DNA from: Terriglobia bacterium
GTDB taxonomy: Bacteria; Acidobacteriota; Terriglobia; Terriglobales; Acidobacteriaceae
DNA: 64,000 bases
Assembly (NCBI GenBank): GCA_963724105.1
Contig: CAVRTD010000002.1
Span: 29,650 to 93,649 of the forward strand
Direction of reading: 5' to 3'
In this document: positions 50,536 through 57,932 of the stretch, one piece after another
Layout: each line of letters begins with the position of its first letter
Position numbering within the stretch: the first letter of the stretch is position 1
The notes under the pieces: model-generated
The model's database searches: none
The model's input: the letters and a program-made list of their open reading frames with translations, nothing else
Told to the model about the DNA's origin: nothing
Program-made: the position numbers and the translations under genes

Positions 50536-51395
50536 GCGTAGAGAATAATTGGGATTTCTTGTAATACGATTTGCCCCAATTGCAGCAGAGTGAAGTGGTT
50601 GATCGAGCGCAGGAGACCGAACCCCTGAGCGAGAGAAGACTTTGATTGCGAGACGATCAGGAGAACCAGTCCGTCCACGTCCACCGAGAGGTCAGTTTCT
50701 TCATTCCATATTTCGGAAAAGAATTTCTGATTTGCCCGCGAGACGGCTTTTTGCAGCCATTCGCTTGACATCTCTGGCCGTTCCTTGATGCTTTGCTCCA
50801 GCCCGAACAGAAGACTTCCAGCATGGAAGCGCCAGTAGTCCGCGGGCGGAATTTTTTGCCTTTTCAATGATCGATCAACCGCTGCCAGCCAGCGAACCGC
50901 TGCTCGTGAGACGTTGCCGCCAGCTTGCTCCAAGGCCCAGAAACATACCTGGTCGATGCGCTCCCAGAGTTCATCTGCCGCAGCAACGCCGGCATTGAGC
51001 AGAAAGGGATAGCCATTGTGTTCATGCTCAAAAATCTGAAAGGAGTTGTTCAGGGCTGAACCTGGCTCTCGATCAGCCAGATTCATCGTCCTGCCCCTGC
51101 ACCCGCCGTGCCGTTCAGACACTTCCTGAGCGCTAAGTTGTGCGTGGCTTGGATAACGGGTAATAAATTTCTGAATATTGTCCTGGAGATAGGTCTTAAC
51201 GCAGTCTCCTCCGGCGGTTGTGGTGGTGAAGATGCCGAAGACGTGCGGGCTCCGCGCGTCATACGGGCAAAACCAGAGCCGCTGCAGCAATCCCTGCCGA
51301 CGGACATCGTGCGCCCACGCGTTGAGTCCGTGTTGCAGGAGGCGCTGCTGGTCCTCCATTCCCCAATAATAGATATTAAATCCGATATTCGTCAT
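50517..51395 (-). CDS. divergent SpaB_C-like paralogue (start uncertain)
   Basis: NIGFNIYYWGMEDQQRLLQHGLNAWAH...LQRLWFCPYDARSPHVFGIF and the C-terminal LLRSINHFTLLQLGQIVLQEIPIILYAW are collinear with the SpaB_C pattern. The canonical GPHLRLR and H..NR residues are replaced. Candidate starts are at 51395, 51419 or 51359. Confidence 0.5.
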   Translation of the reverse strand: MTNIGFNIYYWGMEDQQRLLQHGLNAWAHDVRRQGLLQRLWFCPYDARSPHVFGIFTTTTAGGDCVKTYLQDNIQKFITRYPSHAQLSAQEVSERHGGCRGRTMNLADREPGSALNNSFQIFEHEHNGYPFLLNAGVAAADELWERIDQVCFWALEQAGGNVSRAAVRWLAAVDRSLKRQKIPPADYWRFHAGSLLFGLEQSIKERPEMSSEWLQKAVSRANQKFFSEIWNEETDLSVDVDGLVLLIVSQSKSSLAQGFGLLRSINHFTLLQLGQIVLQEIPIILYAWQRNL

Positions 51396-52077
51396 AGATG
51401 CCGGGGCCGCTCGACTCATAATCGATCGCAATAGTCTCAAAACGAAAGAAGCTGCGGATAACACGATCGTAGAAAGGCATTCTTCGCTCTTCTTCCATGA
51501 CCATGCATAACTCTTCAAAGAAGGCAACGTTGGGCTGGCGAATCGAAAGAAAAAGACTACGGAGCGTCGAATAAAAAACGGCTGGACCGTGGGGCGTCTC
51601 GCAAAGAGGGGTGCGGTCCGTAAGCATCGCCTGCACGCGGCTGATGTGGCTATGCATTTCTTCCCATTTGCGCTGATTGCGCGCCACGCGAGCCTGGTTA
51701 ATACACAGGTCGGGACACTGCAGGGCGAATGGAATCAGGAATTCATATTCCTCTGCGGCCATGGCGACGGCCCTGTGTGCCCATTTCATCGACTCGCTTG
51801 CGCTCGCGAAATCTCCTGCTCGGTAGTGGTATAGGCCAAGAGTCTTGTAGTAAGACTGGTCAAGCACAACTCGAACCGAATTGGGTATGTCGACAGCTTC
51901 CAGAGCGCCACCGGCTTTCTGCAGAATGTTTCCGGCTTCCTTTATTTTGTGCGAACGAAGAAGCGGCATCGCGCTGTTGATCAGGCGCAAGATGTGGCAG
52001 TGACGTTTATATTCCCCAACCCATGCGAGCCCGGCATCACCGGTGCGCTCGATAAATTCAATCAGGATATCTGCCAT
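51376..52077 (-). CDS. unknown helical-repeat protein, paralogue 2 of a tandem pair
   Basis: 233 aa. It shares blocks with 52138-52809: YHYRAGDFASASESMKWAHRAV vs YFYSVGNFQQARESMNQAHDAV; QARVARNQRKWEEM vs QARIARNQRRWPEM; FYDRVIRSFFRFETIAIDYES vs LFDQFVRRMLRFQEIGIEYQS. No TM or signal peptide. Confidence 0.6.
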   Translation of the reverse strand: MADILIEFIERTGDAGLAWVGEYKRHCHILRLINSAMPLLRSHKIKEAGNILQKAGGALEAVDIPNSVRVVLDQSYYKTLGLYHYRAGDFASASESMKWAHRAVAMAAEEYEFLIPFALQCPDLCINQARVARNQRKWEEMHSHISRVQAMLTDRTPLCETPHGPAVFYSTLRSLFLSIRQPNVAFFEELCMVMEEERRMPFYDRVIRSFFRFETIAIDYESSGPGIYDEYRI

Positions 52078-52137
52078 CTCTTTAGCTCAACTGTTGCTCA
52101 AGAATTGACTGGTTTCTGCCTTGGTGGAATTTCACTA

Positions 52138-52809
52138 TCAAGATTGATATTCGATGCCAATTTCCTGGAATCGCAGCATGCGCCGGACAAATTGGTCGAA
52201 GAGGCGGCTTCGTTCTTCCTGGTCTACTATTTTGGCGGCTACACTGGATTCTTCAGTCGTCATGTCGCCGATCTGCGCAAAAAAACTACGAAACGCGGAA
52301 AAATATATTTTTTGACCATTGATTTTTTCGCACAAAGGAACATGGTCCAGCATCATTCCCTGTGCCTGCGCGACGAACGTATTCATTTCAGGCCAGCGGC
52401 GCTGGTTGCGCGCGATTCGCGCCTGATGAAGACAGAATTCCTGACAGTGCACCGCCAGCATGATCAACCAGTCCGCACTGCTGATGGCTCTTTTCACGGC
52501 GTCATGCGCCTGGTTCATTGATTCGCGGGCCTGCTGAAAGTTGCCCACGGAATAGAAGTAATAGCCGGCAACGCCGTGGTGCCAACGGTAGAGCACTGCG
52601 CTCACAGAATCTTGTTCGCCTCTCATCGCGGACAGATGATGCGCAAATTCCCGCAGCACTCTTCCCCCTTCTTCAATCTCGCCCTTGCGCATCAGAGCCA
52701 GCGCGCGATCGCTGAGTGCAACGGCAGGCAAGTGCCGGCGATAGGCGGCAGCCCAATCCTGGCCAGCGCTGCCAGTACGCTCGGCAAAATGAAGCCAATC
52801 ACATGCCAC
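52138..52809 (-). CDS. unknown helical-repeat protein, paralogue 1 of a tandem pair
   Basis: 223 aa; see the paralogue at 51376-52077. It is the first gene after the precursor-gene terminator. Confidence 0.6.
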   Translation of the reverse strand: MACDWLHFAERTGSAGQDWAAAYRRHLPAVALSDRALALMRKGEIEEGGRVLREFAHHLSAMRGEQDSVSAVLYRWHHGVAGYYFYSVGNFQQARESMNQAHDAVKRAISSADWLIMLAVHCQEFCLHQARIARNQRRWPEMNTFVAQAQGMMLDHVPLCEKINGQKIYFSAFRSFFAQIGDMTTEESSVAAKIVDQEERSRLFDQFVRRMLRFQEIGIEYQS

Positions 52810-52886
52810 GATTCAATTCCTCAATTCCCGCTGGATTCACGGTAGTCACTTTTTGACATCAACAGGTCCATTGGATAGATAAAAGC

Positions 52887-52920
52887 CTCTGGGACAGACA
52901 TCAAACCGCCTGTCCCAGAG
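52887..52920 (-). terminator. intrinsic terminator/attenuator hairpin after precursor gene A1
   Basis: CTCTGGGACAG (52887-52897) pairs perfectly with CTGTCCCAGAG (52910-52920), giving an 11-bp stem and a 12-nt loop. On the minus-strand RNA the hairpin begins 35 nt after the TGA and is followed by GCUUUUAUCUAU. Confidence 0.55.
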
Positions 52921-52954
52921 AAAACAAACAACTTGCAGCCTGGCGAACGAGATA

Positions 52955-53110
52955 TCAGCCAGAGCAGACGTTAGCGGAGCAGGATGCGATCGGGCAAGGT
53001 TCAAGAACGCCGCCGGAAACATCTTCCAGCGCCTGATCGGACAGTGGTTCAATCTCAACATCTTGTTTTTTTTCTGGAATTGCATTTGGATTGGTAGCTT
53101 TGTCAGACAT
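52955..53110 (-). CDS. lanA: lanthipeptide-type precursor A1 (51 aa), not in the ORF track
   Basis: Hand translation: MSDKATNPNAIPEKKQDVEIEPLSDQALEDVSGG|VLEPCPIASCSANVCSG*. RBS AAAGGAAAAAAC precedes the ATG. The leader is double-Gly type and the core has 3 Cys and 3 Ser. The 79-aa track ORF 52846-53085 is the wrong frame. Confidence 0.8.
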   Translation of the reverse strand: MSDKATNPNAIPEKKQDVEIEPLSDQALEDVSGGVLEPCPIASCSANVCSG

Positions 53111-53171
53111 GTTTTTTCCTTTCTATTGGATTTACTGTTGGTGGAGTCAATTTTTGCTTTGCGACAGGGCT

Positions 53172-53238
53172 CTCTTCTGAAGCCGGTTTAACTGGTACCA
53201 ACCGGTTCTTTGGGCCAGTCGAGTTGATCTCAGAAGAG
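53172..53238 (-). other. nested RNA stem-loop structure in the spacer between precursor genes A2 and A1
   Basis: The outer 9-bp stem is CTCTTCTGA (53172-80) / TCAGAAGAG (53230-38). The inner 6-bp stem is CCGGTT (53183-88) / AACCGG (53200-05). No U-tract follows on the minus strand. Confidence 0.4.
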
Positions 53239-53295
53239 CATGGCCCGTGTGAACCTCGGTGCAACCCAGCTATAGCCTGGATTGAAGCGATCCGG

Positions 53296-53451
53296 CTACG
53301 CTAGGTCGCCAGAGCAAACATTTGCGGAACATGAAGCGATGGGGCAGCCACCGGAAGCATCTTCGAGCGACTGGTCGGAAAGTGGTTCGATCTGAACGTC
53401 ATCCTGTTTCTTTTCGGGGACTACATTTGGTTTATTGGGAGTGTTAGCCAT
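53296..53451 (-). CDS. lanA: lanthipeptide-type precursor A2 (51 aa), not in the ORF track
   Basis: Hand translation: MANTPNKPNVVPEKKQDDVQIEPLSDQSLEDASGG|CPIASCSANVCSGDLA*. RBS AAAGGAACAACCATC precedes the ATG. It shares the CPIASCSANVCSG core block with A1. Confidence 0.8.
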   Translation of the reverse strand: MANTPNKPNVVPEKKQDDVQIEPLSDQSLEDASGGCPIASCSANVCSGDLA

Positions 53452-53642
53452 GATGGTTGTTCCTTTCGGTTTGTGTTTTTTGAATTCGGCCTTGCGGCCG
53501 TTGCTGCCGTTAGACGCCCACCACAGGTAAACGCCTAATCTCTTAAAAATTCTGGAAACTCAATGGAGAGGCCTGCCTTTAGCGTCACAAAAGTGAACGA
53601 CATGATTGGGCTCTGGTTCTTATAGCGTTCAACCCGGGCACT

Positions 53643-56399
53643 CTACCTTGTTGCGGCTTGCTCATCGCGTTGACGTAACCGAGATGACTCCCGGCTGGAA
53701 AACACATCGAGCGAAAACATGGCGCGCTCATCCACAGGCGATTGCAATGCAACCGCATCAACCAGCAATTCAACCGCCCACCTTTGCCCTTTGGAATCTC
53801 TGGGCATCATCTCCGGTTCGGGCAATGTTTCCACCAGCACAAGGGACCCTTCGGCTGCGAGCGCGATGGAGTGCAGGATCGAGATGAACAATGGTGAGCT
53901 CAGGTCCAGATATTGCGGCTTGTGGTATTTTCCCCGCGGGAAAGAATTAAGCTTCTCAGCCACAAACAAACGGGTTGGAATCTCGAACTTCCGGAGGAAA
54001 CGATGCAGCCGCTCAAACGCCTCTGGGCTCCCAGGGTCTTCCAGAATGCGCCGCAGATCTAGAGCTGGAACACTCCAACTCTTGCGCATAAGCACTACAT
54101 TTCCGATGCGCGTCCGCTCGCGGACGGTGATGCCATCGACCTCTCGCTGTAAGCGTTCGGGATAGAGGGGAATCGTATCTGTTGGTCCGAACGCACACAA
54201 AAACTTCACCAGAGTTGGCAGGTAAGTGGAGCCAGCAAGGCCGATATAAGACGCCAGGTAGCGCTGTCCACTGCGATCCTGCAGCCTGGGCCATCCATCT
54301 TCACCCACTGTAACAAACAGCTCTGCCAAAGAAAGGCGCCGTTCGGGCGCTATATCCATATGGGTTGCCGGCAGCACCAGGACTTTTGGGGTTTGTGGCG
54401 CATGCACGTTGAGCGTGTCACCACTCACGCAATGAATGTCCAATATCTGCAAGCATTCGTCGTTATCCAAAATTACCGCTCGCCGCGCTAACCCGTCAGC
54501 ATACTGATGGCGGAGCGGAGCCGGCATCAACGGAGTGTAACGGCTGGACATCCGGCCCGTTCCTTCTTTCAACCGGTTGAGCACCCACAGAGAACCATCC
54601 GCTGTAGCCGGTTGGAGAAAAAGGCAGCCGCCTCCCTGGTACTTCTTGAATGCGTCAGGTATCTCGTCCAGGAGAAGGTTAAAACGGCTTATCGAGATTG
54701 TGCGGCCCTGCGCATCATCCATCCAACAATTGCGCAAAGATTCGCGGGCAGCAGTGCGTACCGATAGCAAATGATCCAGCACATCCAGACCCAGCGGATT
54801 CCAGGTTGAATGCTGCTCCTCAGTGGACCTGATCGCGGACTCATGAGAAACGTATTCCTGGAACAAATCCCGCACAGCGTCAAACGCACTGAGAAGATCC
54901 AGCCTGCAGTGCTTCCCTTTACTTTTTTCGAGAACAGAGCCAACGCTGAATAGAAGATCAAGGCGGCGGTCAAACAAGCGTGAGTATCGTAAAAGTGGCT
55001 CTGCGCTCCGTTGGGCCTGTTCCATGGCCGTCCTTCCAACACTCACGACTGGAAGACCCTTATCGGATTTGGGAGAACACCAAACATCCTGATAAATATC
55101 GTGCCCGGGAATATGCGACGCCGTTTTCGTATTGGTCGGGAGTTGAGCAATACGAGTGGCGCTGAACACCATTTCGTCCATCGTTTGCTGCATGCGCAAG
55201 AGCGTTTGTCCCGGTTCATTTGCGGAAAAAAGATTTCCTTCCAGAAGCACTAACCGCTCCAGAAGTTCAATGAAGTTTTGCAGCGCCGGGTCATGCGGCA
55301 ACAGCTGGAGCTTTTGCAGGACCATTTTCTCAAGGTGCCCTTCATCGGCGCTCCAGGGCAACGCCAGATACAGAAACCCCAAATCAATCAGACTGTCTAT
55401 TTCTTCTTTGATCGACTCGGAATGCGCATCCATTTCATCTTCGATCAGCTTAAGTAGCTCAACATAATTGAGCGGACCGCTAGCCAGAAGTGATTGCAGG
55501 CGCTGGACGAGAGGCCCCTGAAGCCTGGCGCGAACAAGTGACTCGCGGTAGTAACGGATCTCCTTGGTATCTTCGTCCACTCGATACTGCCCGGGACGGC
55601 GGTGAAGAGTCCGTCCGTCCTCGAGTTTCGAAACTGAATCGTTAATCGCTACCGAAAGCGTGCGCCGCCACGGTTCATAAAGACATAACGCATCGGTACA
55701 CCGGTCAAGAATGTGTCTACGTACGCGCACTAGAGAATGCTGATCCCATTCACCAGGCAACAATCTCAAAGGCTCCGAGCCGCCTTCCACGCGACACAAC
55801 CCGACCGGAGTGAAAGTCGAGAATGGAGACAGTTTGAGAGAAGCCCGGCTGGCGTAACGCAATACTGTCGCGGCCAGGCGTTTTTCCCGGCGACCATAAT
55901 CTTCCGGCGCTTTCACTTTCAAACGGCCGGACTCGCTGGCCACTGTATTGCTTGCCACTGCCAGCCCGCAGCGGAACATGGGATTATCAATCAGCCCAGC
56001 GACACAGTGATACTGCCTTGTTGTTTCATCTCCGTGGGCTTTTACAAACTCTTGCTTTTGATGAGCGAGGTTCTCTTCCAGCTCAATCACTTGTTCCGCC
56101 AGCGCCGGAGCGGCTTGTTTTATGAGCATCCAAACCAGCTTCGTGCGATAGCGGGTTAGTGGACGTCCATTAAAGCAATCACGCTTGACTTCCAGGAGAG
56201 CGTGTCGTTTCTCGGTCGGAGCATTATGAATAGCCGCGTGAAGCTGTTCAACAAGTTCATTACGAGCGTTGGATAAATTAGCTTCGAGCTTTGCTATCGC
56301 ATTCAGAATATCGCCCAACCGGCTGGAAAAATCCTCCATTGTGCTGGCGGGGAGTCCGCTCAATCGGGCTATAAGTAGGGCTGAATTGCTCGTCGTCAC
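53643..56399 (-). CDS. lanB: LanB-type dehydratase, N-terminal (glutamylation) part only, no fused elimination domain
   Basis: 918 aa. MTTSNSALLIARLSGLPAST..., KRDCFNGRPL and LKLSPFSTFTPVGLCRV follow the Lant_dehydr_N pattern. The protein ends without a SpaB_C-like region. Confidence 0.85.
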   Translation of the reverse strand: MTTSNSALLIARLSGLPASTMEDFSSRLGDILNAIAKLEANLSNARNELVEQLHAAIHNAPTEKRHALLEVKRDCFNGRPLTRYRTKLVWMLIKQAAPALAEQVIELEENLAHQKQEFVKAHGDETTRQYHCVAGLIDNPMFRCGLAVASNTVASESGRLKVKAPEDYGRREKRLAATVLRYASRASLKLSPFSTFTPVGLCRVEGGSEPLRLLPGEWDQHSLVRVRRHILDRCTDALCLYEPWRRTLSVAINDSVSKLEDGRTLHRRPGQYRVDEDTKEIRYYRESLVRARLQGPLVQRLQSLLASGPLNYVELLKLIEDEMDAHSESIKEEIDSLIDLGFLYLALPWSADEGHLEKMVLQKLQLLPHDPALQNFIELLERLVLLEGNLFSANEPGQTLLRMQQTMDEMVFSATRIAQLPTNTKTASHIPGHDIYQDVWCSPKSDKGLPVVSVGRTAMEQAQRSAEPLLRYSRLFDRRLDLLFSVGSVLEKSKGKHCRLDLLSAFDAVRDLFQEYVSHESAIRSTEEQHSTWNPLGLDVLDHLLSVRTAARESLRNCWMDDAQGRTISISRFNLLLDEIPDAFKKYQGGGCLFLQPATADGSLWVLNRLKEGTGRMSSRYTPLMPAPLRHQYADGLARRAVILDNDECLQILDIHCVSGDTLNVHAPQTPKVLVLPATHMDIAPERRLSLAELFVTVGEDGWPRLQDRSGQRYLASYIGLAGSTYLPTLVKFLCAFGPTDTIPLYPERLQREVDGITVRERTRIGNVVLMRKSWSVPALDLRRILEDPGSPEAFERLHRFLRKFEIPTRLFVAEKLNSFPRGKYHKPQYLDLSSPLFISILHSIALAAEGSLVLVETLPEPEMMPRDSKGQRWAVELLVDAVALQSPVDERAMFSLDVFSSRESSRLRQRDEQAATR

Positions 56400-56615
56400 A
56401 GAACTGCTCCAGAAACTGCGTTATTGAGCTTTACCTTCAGGGCTGTGTCGAGAACTTCCACATGATGCCGGCAGCTCACGAAATCTCGCAAAGTGGAAGC
56501 GGACGTGCGCGGCCGGCACAAATGCAGTCGATTCAAACAGGCAAAATTGGATGGAGAAATCGTTTCAGGAATTGGTTAAATCTCGCGCCAGGCAATGGCG
56601 GTGATCAAGCGCAGC

Positions 56616-56765
56616 TCACCCTAAGTCTGGAGGCCCACACAAGGGTGAACCAGTTTCAGTACCGCCTGAAACTTCCTCAAGAGCGGCGTCGGAAAGGGGT
56701 TCGATTTCAGCGTCTTTCCGGCTCTGAATTGACTTGCCAGGCTGTTTTTTTTCCTCGTTTGGCAT
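56616..56765 (-). CDS. lanA: third precursor A3 (49 aa) with the same leader box, different core
   Basis: MPNEEKKQPGKSIQSRKDAEIEPLSDAALEEVSGG|TETGSPLCGPPDLG*. Start at the internal ATG 56765 of track ORF 56616-56810, with RBS GAAGGGA upstream. Confidence 0.7.
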   Translation of the reverse strand: MPNEEKKQPGKSIQSRKDAEIEPLSDAALEEVSGGTETGSPLCGPPDLG

Positions 56766-56831
56766 TTTTTTATCCCTTCGTAATAGATTTATGGGGCCTT
56801 GTGGTCGCAAATGAAACGCTCGTTGATGGAC

Positions 56832-57854
56832 TTACACCCGCGCAAGCTCCTGCGCAGGCACAAGACTATGATCTTCTACCGCTTTAATCAGAAGATGGTG
56901 CACATAGGCCTCATGCAGAGGTGTTACCCCAAATTGATTCGCCATTCCGTGCAACATCTTGAACAGAGGCGGAAAGTTCACGTTCGTAGTGAACGGATCA
57001 ATCTGATGTTCGCCGGAGCCGGCAAAAGATTGCGTATAAGCTGACAATGCCGCAAAGGTCCGCAACCACGGCTCTACTTCCTGGGCGCCGCTGTTGCGCG
57101 CCCACTCTTCATCACTGAGCTGCGCCAGCTTTGTTCTGGCAGTGCTGGAACCGGCTTGGGCATCAAAATGTGCACGAATCTCCAACTCTTTGCTGGATTC
57201 GGAAATGAAAAACCGCAAAAGCCAATCGCGATGAAAGGCAAGATATTCTGTCGCGCTGGTTCGATCACCAAGGCCAGAAGCACCCAGAGCCGAGATCAGG
57301 CTTTTTGCCAACAGAGATTGCTTGCTGCCATCCGAAAGCTCGCCCTGCTCATCTACGGCGGTGAGGAACACGCCAGTTGTTGCCGCAAGGCAACGACAGG
57401 CAAGGGCGACAAAATTTTCGTCTTCGAGCCAGGGTGACGCAGGAAGCGACACGTAGCTGCGTCCATAGGTTGTGGCGAGAAAGTTACGATCGGCGAAATC
57501 AGAATCTACTTTGTCTTCAGCGTCAATGGGTGGGGCCTTGGGATTACTTACACGAGGATCAGCCGCCAGGTAAGTGCGCGCTTTCTCGATCCACTTTTCT
57601 ACGTGGCTGTGCAGCAAAGGCCTCAGTGAATCCACCACAGCCCGCTCACCGTGAAGCCGAATCTTGAGGTGCTCCCCACCACGCGCGTAACGCATAATCC
57701 AAAGCCAACAATCCCCATCTGGCCGGACGCCCTGCATGTCACGCCAGAACGGCACAATCCCTTGCTGCAACAGGTTGTCCACCAGGCCGCTGGCATAAAT
57801 ATTTGCGGTTAAGATTGGATCTGCCGAATTGAGTGAATTAAGCATGTCCTTCAC
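56832..57854 (-). CDS. third SpaB_C-like (LanB C-terminal-type) paralogue
   Basis: ILTANIYASGLVDNLLQQGIVPFW...CWLWIMRYARGGEHLKIRLHG and the C-terminal LFKMLHGMANQFGVTPLHEAYVHHLL are collinear with the SpaB_C pattern. Confidence 0.65.
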   Translation of the reverse strand: MKDMLNSLNSADPILTANIYASGLVDNLLQQGIVPFWRDMQGVRPDGDCWLWIMRYARGGEHLKIRLHGERAVVDSLRPLLHSHVEKWIEKARTYLAADPRVSNPKAPPIDAEDKVDSDFADRNFLATTYGRSYVSLPASPWLEDENFVALACRCLAATTGVFLTAVDEQGELSDGSKQSLLAKSLISALGASGLGDRTSATEYLAFHRDWLLRFFISESSKELEIRAHFDAQAGSSTARTKLAQLSDEEWARNSGAQEVEPWLRTFAALSAYTQSFAGSGEHQIDPFTTNVNFPPLFKMLHGMANQFGVTPLHEAYVHHLLIKAVEDHSLVPAQELARV

Positions 57855-57932
57855 TTCCTATGGATGGTGGAACTGCTCTACTCTGAACGCCCCGCGGATC
57901 AAACCAGCGACTTGTTACGAGCAAAGCGGAAA

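Noticed and set aside
52846-53085. 79-aa track ORF on the minus strand across the precursor region.
   Set aside because: It is the wrong frame of the same DNA. The frame starting at 53110 has an RBS, the conserved EPLSD..LE..SGG leader box and a Cys/Ser core shared with the neighbouring gene.
53486-53499. Short hairpin CGGCC-TTGC-GGCCG between lanB and precursor A2.
   Set aside because: The stem is only 5 bp. On the transcribed (minus) strand it is followed by an A-rich, not U-rich, tract. It is not credible as a terminator without further evidence.
56586-56600. Hairpin CGCCA-GGCAA-TGGCG just downstream of precursor A3.
   Set aside because: The stem is 5 bp with no clear U-tract, too weak to call an attenuator.
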